64,000 nucleotides of DNA, taken from IMG/VR virus record IMGVR_UViG_3300029993_000005, positions 62,001 to 126,000 of that record, one strand, 5' to 3'. Positions 28,361 to 36,804 of the stretch are shown here, piece after piece. Numbering within the stretch: position 1 is the first letter of the stretch; each line of letters begins with the position of its first letter. The position numbers and the translations under genes were made by a program. The notes under the pieces are model-generated. The model had not been told where the DNA came from. It saw nothing but the letters and a program-made list of their open reading frames with translations, and made no database searches.

Positions 28361-29203
28361 ATGTCGAACTTAAGAATTACCCCCGAGCATATCGATGCAA
28401 TGATTGTGAATCAGCAGTACCATCAGTTTCCTGGGACCACGCTGATCGCCTGCGCCCTGACCCTCACTGTAGGCCATCACATGGTTGTTGGCTATAGCCG
28501 CCCTGTCGACGAATCCAACTTCAAGTACAAGCTTGGACAGGCTGCTGCACTAAAGAACGCACGAGACCAGATCTGGGAAGTAGCGGGCACCGCCCTTCGC
28601 CTTGCATTGGCGCGAACAGATGGCTATCGTGATCCAGGCCCGTTCTTTGTGGTCAACGCGCTTGACCTAAGCTACAGCCAGGACGGCAGTCTGGTGCCAA
28701 CTCCAAAAGCAGCAGTAACTTCGACAGGGCCGGCCGTCGAAGACGAGCACACGCTTGCACCTGAGAACCGTGAGCCATCTAAAAAGACGAAAGGTGACTT
28801 AATAGCGCTTCTTCGGGAGCGGAACGCGGAAGCTCTTAAAAAGATTGAAGCCCTGGAGCAGTTGTGTGCGGCTGCTTATCAGATGGCGGGCATAGTCAAT
28901 GCACCTGTGCGGTTTCTCGACGCACTGAGTGATGCTGCTAACGGTGAACTCGGTGCTCGTGTTCTGACTGATAACCTCCTGCCAATCAACGCCAATGAAA
29001 GCGGATCCTTCTACGCCGATATGCCACCGGCTAAGAACAGACGTGTGTACCATATCACAGCAGGCGCTGCCGACTGGAATCCGACGACGGCTCAGCTCAA
29101 GGCTCTTGAGGACCAGTTTAAAGATGCAAAATTTGACGACAACGGAAATGCGTTTGTAGCCACTCGCGTCGAGGCCAACGTTTCGGTACTGGATCTGTTC
29201 TGA
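28361..29203 (+). CDS. N4 gp49/Sf6 gp66-like (Acb4-like) protein, paralog B, with extra C-terminal domains
   Basis: ITPEHIDAMIVNQQYHQFPGTTLIACALTL...SNFKYKLGQAAALKNARDQIW. Confidence 0.75.
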   Translation: MSNLRITPEHIDAMIVNQQYHQFPGTTLIACALTLTVGHHMVVGYSRPVDESNFKYKLGQAAALKNARDQIWEVAGTALRLALARTDGYRDPGPFFVVNALDLSYSQDGSLVPTPKAAVTSTGPAVEDEHTLAPENREPSKKTKGDLIALLRERNAEALKKIEALEQLCAAAYQMAGIVNAPVRFLDALSDAANGELGARVLTDNLLPINANESGSFYADMPPAKNRRVYHITAGAADWNPTTAQLKALEDQFKDAKFDDNGNAFVATRVEANVSVLDLF

Positions 29204-29204
29204 T

Positions 29205-29705
29205 ATGTTCAAGATTGATTTTAGTATGGACGGTTCTTTGATCTCTACAAAGCCACCGACAACAGCCGAGACCCTGCGCCACATTGCTGACCAGTTGTTT
29301 CCCGGTGAAGTGATGGTGGCTAACGTATTAAATAACGCGGCACTTGAACTAGAGACCAGATACACCGAGGCTGAGCTTAAGGCTGCGTTCTGGAACGTGT
29401 TCCACAAGGCCGGGGAGCTCTTCTTCCCAAGCGATTCTGAAGAAGAGGATTTAAACACGGAATTCACTACCGACTGGTTTAACGACCTACTGGAAAACTT
29501 GCACAAGGAAAAGAACATGTTGGAAAAAGACGCCGAAAAGAAGATCAGAGAGTCACGTGACAGCCTTAATCAAACGATAAAGGCACTGTCGTTGGTGGTC
29601 GTCGACCAAGTTGACGGGACTACTGATTTTCACAGTGTGTATCTATCCAAGCTTCGTGATAATTTGGCGAAGCTGCTGGAAATACGTGCTAATCTTTACC
29701 AATAG
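29205..29705 (+). CDS. hypothetical protein
   Basis: 166 aa, packed. Confidence 0.6.
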   Translation: MFKIDFSMDGSLISTKPPTTAETLRHIADQLFPGEVMVANVLNNAALELETRYTEAELKAAFWNVFHKAGELFFPSDSEEEDLNTEFTTDWFNDLLENLHKEKNMLEKDAEKKIRESRDSLNQTIKALSLVVVDQVDGTTDFHSVYLSKLRDNLAKLLEIRANLYQ

Positions 29706-29707
29706 GC

Positions 29708-29863
29708 ATGACAGTAGACCACGCGTTTCGTGAGGGGTACGAGGCCTATCACATGGGAATGACTAGCAGCCAGTACGAAGATATTGGGGACACCAAGCCA
29801 CACTACGCGGAATGGTGGCGCGGCTGGAACCAAGCACGAGATGAAGACGAGTACGACGTTTAA
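29708..29863 (+). CDS. Rmf-like (ribosome modulation factor fold) 51-aa protein
   Basis: AFREGYEAY..G.....PHYAEWWRGWNQAR resembles Rmf AxxxGYxAG...W..GW; not in ORF track. Confidence 0.55.
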   Translation: MTVDHAFREGYEAYHMGMTSSQYEDIGDTKPHYAEWWRGWNQARDEDEYDV

Positions 29864-29911
29864 CCTTGCAGGAACGTCGTTGGTTGGTTCAGTACAAAGA
29901 ACAACTGGCGG

Positions 29912-29919
29912 AGTAAATA
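29912..29919 (+). promoter_or_regulatory. AGTAAATA box upstream of tRNA pair
   Basis: 11 nt before the tRNA 5' end. Confidence 0.6.
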
Positions 29920-29930
29920 CAATGCAGTAA

Positions 29931-30007
29931 GGGCCGGTGGCGCAATTGGTTAGCGCGGAGAATTCATAATTCTAAGGTTGTCGGTTCAAGTCCGGCTCGG
30001 CCCACCA
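29931..30007 (+). tRNA. tRNA with CAT anticodon, probably Ile2 (lysidine) rather than Met
   Basis: full cloverleaf, 7-bp acceptor GGGCCGG/TCGGCCC, TTCAAGT T-loop, encoded CCA; C4:G69 and C5:G68 pairs as in bacterial tRNA-Ile2. Confidence 0.9.
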
Positions 30008-30012
30008 CTTTT

Positions 30013-30083
30013 GTCTGCTTCGTCTAACTGGCCTAAGACGCCTGATGTCAGGAAATACTGGTTCGAATCCAGAGCAGACGCCA
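30013..30083 (+). ncRNA. tRNA-Glu-like RNA with truncated anticodon arm
   Basis: acceptor GTCTGCT/AGCAGAC + G + CCA, D-stem GTCT/AGAC, TTCGAAT T-loop; anticodon arm only CCTG-ATGT-CAGG. Confidence 0.75.
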
Positions 30084-30104
30084 CAAACACAACCGAAGGA
30101 CTCT

Positions 30105-30563
30105 ATGGAAATCCCCGCGAAACAAATTCTGGACTTAGCTTTAAGAGCTAATGAGGTTAACGGATATTTTCACAAGAAAATTTGGGACTGCTTTAGTCTA
30201 GAAGAACAGACTCCAGAAAGACTGTACCGGCACCTGCGCGATTTTCAAACTATTGTCCTGGGCCTGCCCCATCGTACTGGAAAAACCACAGCGGTTGCTC
30301 AAGAGTTACTTCCTGGTGATCTTTTAGTACTAAGTAATACCACGTTTATTCAAGAACATCGTAGAGATTACCCACACCAACACCTAGTAGACATATTGCC
30401 CCGTTACTATCTAACCAAAAATTATCTACCAGCCTGGGCCAAAGGCAAGGTCTACAATCGAGTGTTCATTGATACTTGGAGTCTGCCGAGTCCAGCATTT
30501 TTACGTAATGCCATAAAGCTCTTAGGACATAATATCGATCAACAGTTCATAGTGGTGTTCTGA
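30105..30563 (+). CDS. small degenerate P-loop-like protein
   Basis: IVLGLPHRTGKTT and VFIDTW; start refined to ATG 30105 after GAAGGA. Confidence 0.5.
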   Translation: MEIPAKQILDLALRANEVNGYFHKKIWDCFSLEEQTPERLYRHLRDFQTIVLGLPHRTGKTTAVAQELLPGDLLVLSNTTFIQEHRRDYPHQHLVDILPRYYLTKNYLPAWAKGKVYNRVFIDTWSLPSPAFLRNAIKLLGHNIDQQFIVVF

Positions 30564-30597
30564 TGTTCAATTTTATAGCATAACCTTAGATCGTCAT

Positions 30598-30605
30598 AGT
30601 AAATA
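30598..30605 (+). promoter_or_regulatory. AGTAAATA box
   Basis: intergenic, upstream of glycosyltransferase pair. Confidence 0.55.
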
Positions 30606-30640
30606 AAGGGTGGGACCGTGATAGGTCCCACCCTTTTCTT
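30605..30640 (+). terminator. intrinsic terminator
   Basis: 13-bp perfect stem aaagggtgggacc/ggtcccacccttt followed by T-run. Confidence 0.8.
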
Positions 30641-30661
30641 TTGTTACCTGAGGAATAAATC

Positions 30662-31387
30662 ATGTCCATGGTCTTTGCCAAACTAAATCAGCACCAACGA
30701 GAATTAGCCTATCGAACGGTAAGTGCTTGGTCTTTCTTCTATATCGTCGGTGACTACTTGCTGAACAATAGACCATTATCAATCGTGCGTATGGGTGACG
30801 GCGAACGTTCTATTATAGACCTTTGCATCAAGGCCTCTGCTAACGGTACTACAGTCAATTCACCTATTGATATCTATGATCAGGCAAAGCGTCAGAACAT
30901 GGGCCTTGACGGCTTGACCTACAAAGATTTATACCGTCGATTGCTAAGGGCTGGTAACGACTGTACTTACTTTGCACCCTCGGTGTCAGGTCTCACCCAA
31001 GAAGCTTATTCCTTGCATCATTATTTCCATCAGAGAGAATCTTACATCGATAATTTCTTTGTCAATATTTGGGACTATGAGGCAAAAGCTACATTGTACA
31101 AAGCAGCCGGATCCATACTCTTCATCCACAAGAATCCTAATACTGCGGCCTCAATTACCCGGCAGTGTAAAGACAGATTTAACATCGACGTTGAATTCAT
31201 TCAAATGGATAAATGGCAACAGGCTGAAGCAACAATTGAACAGGCTCGATCCAGCAGTGCCCGCCTAGTCCTGTTTGCTGCGGGTCCCGCATCTAAGTAT
31301 ATTGCATCAGACATCGTGCAAGGCACCAACAAAATTGCATTGGACCTAGGCAATAGCGTTGATGCTTGGACTTTCGGCAACAACTAA
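30662..31387 (+). CDS. GT-D fold glycosyltransferase-like protein
   Basis: LSIVRMGDGE, LVLFAAGPASK, ALDLGNSVD. Confidence 0.7.
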   Translation: MSMVFAKLNQHQRELAYRTVSAWSFFYIVGDYLLNNRPLSIVRMGDGERSIIDLCIKASANGTTVNSPIDIYDQAKRQNMGLDGLTYKDLYRRLLRAGNDCTYFAPSVSGLTQEAYSLHHYFHQRESYIDNFFVNIWDYEAKATLYKAAGSILFIHKNPNTAASITRQCKDRFNIDVEFIQMDKWQQAEATIEQARSSSARLVLFAAGPASKYIASDIVQGTNKIALDLGNSVDAWTFGNN

Positions 31388-31416
31388 AAATTAGCATTAC
31401 GTAAAGTAGAGAAATT

Positions 31417-32517
31417 ATGAATCCTAAAATTCTGTTTGTACTAAAGCACGTCAAGAATCCCTATGACGGATACTCATGGGACCCTAGCGAGACTCTAAAT
31501 ACTTCCTATTCTGAGGGCAAGCCCCCAATGAGCAGCGGGCTTTATAACAGTGCCAGATTTGTTGCCGATATGTTGAGTGCCCATGATATTGAAGTGAAAC
31601 TAGTTACGGTCAAGGACAACAATGCTATTGCTGCTGAGGTTCAATCCTTCGGTGCCGATATAGTCATTATTGAAGCTTTCTGGGTTGTGCCATCTAAATT
31701 TGAAGAACTAAAGACCCAGTGTCCTGACACTAAGTTTGTGATAAGAAATCATTCGGAAACCCCGTTCCTGGCATCTGATGGAATTGCCTTTGACTGGATG
31801 CTGCAGTACGCGGATATGTCAAATACTTATTTAGCCTGTAATTCAAGACGAATGTTTGACGATACGCGATTCTTGGTCCAGACCAATAGCCCAACTATTA
31901 GTCCTCAACAATTAGACTCCAAGGTATCCTATCTGCCTAATTATTATCCGTTGGACTCAACCGAAATTACTAGGGTCCAGGCCTCAGAGTTTGTTGACGT
32001 CGGGTGTTTCGGTGCCATACGTCTACTCAAGAATCATATGACGCAGGCTGTTGCATCCTTGATGTTCGCTAAATCAAGCGGAAAGCGTTTACGGTTCCAT
32101 ATTAACAGCGGTGGTAGCGATCAATCTGGTGAGCAGATACTGAAGAACCTGCAACGCTTGTTTGCCCACTATCCTCAGCATCAGTTAGTTAGTCATGCTT
32201 GGCTTCCGCATCCGCAGTTCAAGGCCCTCTTGCAGTCAATGGACATCATAGTTCAAGTCTCGTTTTCAGAGACTTTCAATATCATAGCCGCCGATGCCGT
32301 GACGTCAGGTGTAGCAACCATTACTTCAGACGAAGTTTCGTGGACCCACAATTGCTTTAAGGCTGATCCAACGGATAGCTCAAACATAGCTAAGACAATG
32401 GAAAAAGCGTATCTCATCAAGAAGGCTATCCCATCATTCAATCCAAGTCTTAAAGGACTGAAGGCTTATAACAAAGAAGCGGTGCAAGACTGGCTATCTT
32501 TTATTGCCTCACACTGA
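31417..32517 (+). CDS. GT-B fold (GT4-like) glycosyltransferase
   Basis: CFGAIRLLKN, DIIVQVSFSETFNIIAADAVTSGVATITS. Confidence 0.75.
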   Translation: MNPKILFVLKHVKNPYDGYSWDPSETLNTSYSEGKPPMSSGLYNSARFVADMLSAHDIEVKLVTVKDNNAIAAEVQSFGADIVIIEAFWVVPSKFEELKTQCPDTKFVIRNHSETPFLASDGIAFDWMLQYADMSNTYLACNSRRMFDDTRFLVQTNSPTISPQQLDSKVSYLPNYYPLDSTEITRVQASEFVDVGCFGAIRLLKNHMTQAVASLMFAKSSGKRLRFHINSGGSDQSGEQILKNLQRLFAHYPQHQLVSHAWLPHPQFKALLQSMDIIVQVSFSETFNIIAADAVTSGVATITSDEVSWTHNCFKADPTDSSNIAKTMEKAYLIKKAIPSFNPSLKGLKAYNKEAVQDWLSFIASH

Positions 32518-32530
32518 TTAGGATTCCGAA

Positions 32531-32896
32531 GTGACCTACTCTGAATGGAAGTCCAGCTTTTGGTACACTTCTGCGCTGACCGGTGATCCGTCCATAACTG
32601 GGTCTAAACTGTTTATCAATCCTCGCACAGGTGAAGGACTAACACTAGGTTATTATCAGTTAAAACACTATGTTGATAGTCAGTGGTTGTCCTTGAAGTT
32701 TCCTCATGCGCAACTAGACGAGCTACAAGAACTACTCCAAATCATTCAGATATTTATCAATGACATGGAGCACAGTATTTATCGCTATCACGGACAGAAG
32801 GTTCCTGTCCCAGGAGTAATGCATGAACGAACTAACGACGAAAGTTATTCCTACTCAGCAATCGGCGGAGATCGTCCACCAAAGTCCAAGTCGTGA
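32531..32896 (+). CDS. hypothetical protein
   Basis: 121 aa. Confidence 0.5.
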   Translation: MTYSEWKSSFWYTSALTGDPSITGSKLFINPRTGEGLTLGYYQLKHYVDSQWLSLKFPHAQLDELQELLQIIQIFINDMEHSIYRYHGQKVPVPGVMHERTNDESYSYSAIGGDRPPKSKS

Positions 32897-33224
32897 GCTT
32901 TCATTAAAGCATGGAATTTATGATCTACTCGTGTCGGTATTCAGACAAGGTGCGTTCTACGAAACCTATCTAAGCCAGGTTCGTGTTGGTGACAGTTTCT
33001 GTTTTGAGAAAAGAGATAAGGATTGGTTTTTATGTGTGACACCGATCAAGAATATGTGTACGTCTAGAGGGGATATGGACAACCCAACATTCTTGTTAGG
33101 TGCCCTAGAAGTGCTGCAGGCCAAGCCTATTGCTATTGAGTACCCAGCTCCAGAGGTCCCTAAACTTGAATCATCCAAACCCAAACTTGAGTTTGAAGAC
33201 GTTGAGTTCAAGTCCTCAACTTAG
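32823..33224 (+). CDS. hypothetical protein (start uncertain)
   Basis: 133 aa; overlaps upstream ORF. Confidence 0.5.
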   Translation: MNELTTKVIPTQQSAEIVHQSPSRELSLKHGIYDLLVSVFRQGAFYETYLSQVRVGDSFCFEKRDKDWFLCVTPIKNMCTSRGDMDNPTFLLGALEVLQAKPIAIEYPAPEVPKLESSKPKLEFEDVEFKSST

Positions 33225-33255
33225 TACAGGGCTCATAGCATCGAATGCAGACAGC

Positions 33256-33263
33256 AGTAAATA
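33256..33263 (+). promoter_or_regulatory. AGTAAATA box
   Basis: intergenic, 6 nt before ATG 33270. Confidence 0.5.
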
Positions 33264-33269
33264 CAAGTA

Positions 33270-33812
33270 ATGCCAAGGAGAACTATAGTGACTAGCTTTG
33301 AAGAAATAGACGATTTAATTATCTGCATCGATGCTGAAGACCCGATGACCTACGATCAAGAATTCATAAATCGAGTGCGTTATGGAAACTTCGTCAAATG
33401 TAGTTCAGACTTTAGCGATGAGTCTAGGGCCTTTGTTCAATCTGATGTAGACCGCGATCCCTTGATGCTCAACAAGTTCTTTATCGAAGTCTACACTGAC
33501 AAGTTTTTGGACTTCGTGCAGGCTACACTTTACAATCATCAGTGGCAAAGAGCTTTAATATTCAGAGAAGAACGATCAATAGGTCCGGACATCGATTTAA
33601 CATCTGAGGACTTAGACCCAACCGAAATTTCAGAAATGATGCTAGTCAGTCATATCTACGAGTTGAAGACCCTGGCTAAAACTGACCTGAGCGTCTACGA
33701 TGACTCGGATGTCGAGGTCGAAACCTCGTCTGAAAAAGATGAATCAGAGCTGGATAAAAAGATGGACGCAGAGACCTCGCTGTTCTTGAAGGCTCCAAAA
33801 TCCGTACACTAA
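33270..33812 (+). CDS. acidic hypothetical protein
   Basis: 180 aa. Confidence 0.6.
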   Translation: MPRRTIVTSFEEIDDLIICIDAEDPMTYDQEFINRVRYGNFVKCSSDFSDESRAFVQSDVDRDPLMLNKFFIEVYTDKFLDFVQATLYNHQWQRALIFREERSIGPDIDLTSEDLDPTEISEMMLVSHIYELKTLAKTDLSVYDDSDVEVETSSEKDESELDKKMDAETSLFLKAPKSVH

Positions 33813-33846
33813 AATCGAATTTAAGTGCATAAGGGAATCCTGTGCT

Positions 33847-35547
33847 ATGCAGCATCCAAATAAAATAGGCAACGCTGTTAAATCGCTGATCAAAGAAACG
33901 GCCTTACACCTGAACCTTAGCTCACGCGAACTTCTTAATTTGGTTGCAGCTTTAAAGCTGCATACCAGTCCTCGTCTTTCTTTTTGTGCCTGCTGTCTTC
34001 ATCTTGAAAGTGTTGCTGACTCTCCTTTGAGACTAGCCTTGAACGAGCACGAAGAGGGCGAAGACATTTTCATAGAGGAGAAGACGGTCAGCGATTTTAG
34101 ATTTGGACTTGTCTATGACATGATACAAGCCTTCTATCTGGGAAAACCCTCGACTTTCTTTGAGACCACAACAATAGAGTCAGTTCCCCATATAGGCGTA
34201 GGCTTAGCTTTTAATAATAAGTCTCAACCGGTACATACACCCGAGGAAGAATCTGATATCAGACTTCAGATCAAAGAATTCGGAACAGCCCCAGTTTTCA
34301 AGGTTCCGATGCTTCCGGGCGAGCGTCCTAATATTCCTTGGAATGCTGAGCAGGATAAATCATTTGCTGCTGTCTTTAATTGGTTGAAACAGAAAAGTAT
34401 TAAACCTGTATTCAGGTTGTTCGGGTATTCAGGAACAGGCAAAACTAGTTTAGCTCGTGAAATTTCCTGGAACGTTGAGACTGGTGCGAACGGAATACCC
34501 AGAGGTACTGTCTTGTTTGCCGCCTACTCGGGTAAAGCAGCAGCCCGATTACGTGAAACTGGATGTGCTAGTGCCTGCACCGTTCACTCTTTAATCTACA
34601 AGCCTCAGATCGATCCTTTGACAGGGAAACCTATAGGTTTCATTCTCAATCAGGATTCTCCTCTACGTTTCGCTAAGCTTCTGATTTTGGACGAAGTTAG
34701 TATGATCGATGACGAGATGGGCCTTGATCTATTGTCATTTGGCGTGCCCATACTGCTTCTTGGTGACCCTGGACAGCTCAAACCTATACGAGGACTTGGA
34801 TTCTTTACCCGAAGCCAAGATGCCCCGGATGTGATGCTTACAACGGTAGAGCGTCAGGCTAAAGATGATCCTATTATTTATTTGGCAACCAGAGCTAGAC
34901 TAGGACTTCGGTTGAAGCCCGGAACTTATGGTGATTCACGAGTACTAGCAGCATCCTCTAATATCACTGATGCTATGATTGAAGCCTCAGACCAAATTTT
35001 AGTCGGCACCAATCGTTCACGTATATCCTACAACACTAGGGTTCGCAGGCTTAACGGAAACTATGAACTAGATACACAGTTTCCGGTTAAAGGTGACCGT
35101 CTGATGTGCATCAAGAACAACAAAGACAACGGACTTTTGAATGGTACGGTCTGGACCTGCAATCAGCCAGAAATCAAAGCAATAATGAGGCTCAAGGACT
35201 ATCGAAATCCTAAACTGGGATTGGTGGCTACGAATATAGAGGGCCTGCACATCAAGCTCCGATCAGAGGATATGTACCATAGCAATGGTAGTCCGATCAT
35301 TGTAAATACAGTATGTAGTACTCATCATTTCGATGAGAATTTACCCGAGCCACCTTGGCGCGAAATAGCGGGTACCGATGCATTTACATTTGGCTATGCA
35401 TCAACTATTCACAAGGCGCAAGGTTCAGAATGGGGCTCTGGAATCTTGATTGATGAATCCTCTATATTCACGGATCAAATAAACGAACATAGGTACACTG
35501 GAATCACGCGTATAGCAAAAAATTTAATAATTAGACTCACTGACTAG
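33847..35547 (+). CDS. SF1B Dda/RecD-like DNA helicase
   Basis: GYSGTGKTS, AAYSGKAA, TVHSLIY, ILDEVSM, GDPGQLKP, GYASTIHKAQGSEW, YTGITR. Confidence 0.9.
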   Translation: MQHPNKIGNAVKSLIKETALHLNLSSRELLNLVAALKLHTSPRLSFCACCLHLESVADSPLRLALNEHEEGEDIFIEEKTVSDFRFGLVYDMIQAFYLGKPSTFFETTTIESVPHIGVGLAFNNKSQPVHTPEEESDIRLQIKEFGTAPVFKVPMLPGERPNIPWNAEQDKSFAAVFNWLKQKSIKPVFRLFGYSGTGKTSLAREISWNVETGANGIPRGTVLFAAYSGKAAARLRETGCASACTVHSLIYKPQIDPLTGKPIGFILNQDSPLRFAKLLILDEVSMIDDEMGLDLLSFGVPILLLGDPGQLKPIRGLGFFTRSQDAPDVMLTTVERQAKDDPIIYLATRARLGLRLKPGTYGDSRVLAASSNITDAMIEASDQILVGTNRSRISYNTRVRRLNGNYELDTQFPVKGDRLMCIKNNKDNGLLNGTVWTCNQPEIKAIMRLKDYRNPKLGLVATNIEGLHIKLRSEDMYHSNGSPIIVNTVCSTHHFDENLPEPPWREIAGTDAFTFGYASTIHKAQGSEWGSGILIDESSIFTDQINEHRYTGITRIAKNLIIRLTD

Positions 35548-35832
35548 GTGGCAATCATGACGACTACGGAGAGCGTGGAAGTTTTAGCTATAGCTGCAAT
35601 TTTGTATGGAGCCTACATTTTTGTACCTTGGTTTCTAAAACTGGTGTTGACTCACGATGACGAAACAGAATTTTGGTTAGGCTATAGCTATGCACGCTTG
35701 GCTATTCTAGATGGACGAGAAACTAGTGAATCCCTGCTGTCCAGATTGCACAACATTGAACACGATCATTATGAACGTGGCATCAAATCAGCAGTTGATG
35801 ACTACGAATTAAAACAAAACGAGCTACGTTAA
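35548..35832 (+). CDS. membrane-anchored hypothetical protein
   Basis: N-terminal TM. Confidence 0.55.
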   Translation: MAIMTTTESVEVLAIAAILYGAYIFVPWFLKLVLTHDDETEFWLGYSYARLAILDGRETSESLLSRLHNIEHDHYERGIKSAVDDYELKQNELR

Positions 35833-36390
35833 ATGACCAATAGAATTTTTGTACAAATTGATTTGGAAACTCTGGGTCTACACATGAGTGCACCTATCGT
35901 AAGCGTTGGTGCAGCGGCCTATGACTATGATCGTGGAATTTTTGATGAATTCCATATGTTCTTTAATCTTGATGAACAGTTCAAAGATGGTCGGTCCATG
36001 AATCAAGACACGTTGTTTTGGTGGCTTAAGCAAAGTGCGGAAGCCCGTGCTAGTCTCGCTGATGACACGGTGCTACGTGAAAGTACATTGGGCGTATGCA
36101 ATGCGTTTCATCGCTGGTGGCTTGGCCTAGCTCCTACCGAAGCCGAACGCAAGAACATCTACCCAATGGGTAATGCTTCTGAGTTTGATTTGGCAATGCT
36201 CCGTAACCTATGGGGTACTCAAATGCCTTGGAGCTACAAAAACGTGTTGTGCTGGCGCACTATTGCTACCTTGCATAAAGACGAATTAGTCTGGGAGGGC
36301 AAAGGTGCGGCTCACAACGCAGTAGAAGATGCTAGGGCACAGGCCAGAGCACATCTAAGATTGATGGCTAACAATCCACGTCTGCGGTAG
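35833..36390 (+). CDS. DEDDh 3'-5' exonuclease
   Basis: IDLETLG, GNASEFDLAML, HNAVEDA. Confidence 0.85.
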   Translation: MTNRIFVQIDLETLGLHMSAPIVSVGAAAYDYDRGIFDEFHMFFNLDEQFKDGRSMNQDTLFWWLKQSAEARASLADDTVLRESTLGVCNAFHRWWLGLAPTEAERKNIYPMGNASEFDLAMLRNLWGTQMPWSYKNVLCWRTIATLHKDELVWEGKGAAHNAVEDARAQARAHLRLMANNPRLR

Positions 36391-36407
36391 ATAAAGAGAG
36401 AACAAAA

Positions 36408-36773
36408 ATGAAGCACTGGAAAGAATGGATTGGCTGTGATTTCGATGGCACTTTATGTGTGTACGATAAATGGCGGGGACCAACTCACGCTGGTGCACCT
36501 ATTCCAAAGATGGTGAAGCGAATACAAAAATTGATTGCCGAGGGCAAAACCGTAAAAATTTTCACCGCCCGTGTAGGTAAGCTGGAAAATGACACCGATG
36601 AGTCCGTAGAAGAGGCCCGCAAGTTTGTATCAGACTGGACCTTGAAGCACATAGGGACCCGTCTTGAGGTCACGAATATTAAAGACCAAGGTATGACACT
36701 TTTGTACGATGACCGAGCAATCCAAGTTTTGAAAAACACAGGCCGCATTGTTGTAGTGAAAGACAAACAGTAA
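36408..36773 (+). CDS. HAD-superfamily hydrolase
   Basis: CDFDGTL, IFTAR, LYDDRA. Confidence 0.8.
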   Translation: MKHWKEWIGCDFDGTLCVYDKWRGPTHAGAPIPKMVKRIQKLIAEGKTVKIFTARVGKLENDTDESVEEARKFVSDWTLKHIGTRLEVTNIKDQGMTLLYDDRAIQVLKNTGRIVVVKDKQ

Positions 36774-36776
36774 ATA
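36769..36776 (+). promoter_or_regulatory. AGTAAATA box upstream of DNA polymerase
   Basis: overlaps the upstream stop, 28 nt before ATG 36805. Confidence 0.5.
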
Positions 36777-36804
36777 GAAAGTTCTACCCTTAGAGGTTCC
36801 CTCA

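Noticed and set aside
30045-30104. ORF-track start inside the tRNA-like RNA
   Set aside because: A better RBS and ATG lie at 30105; the upstream 60 nt are explained by the RNA structure.
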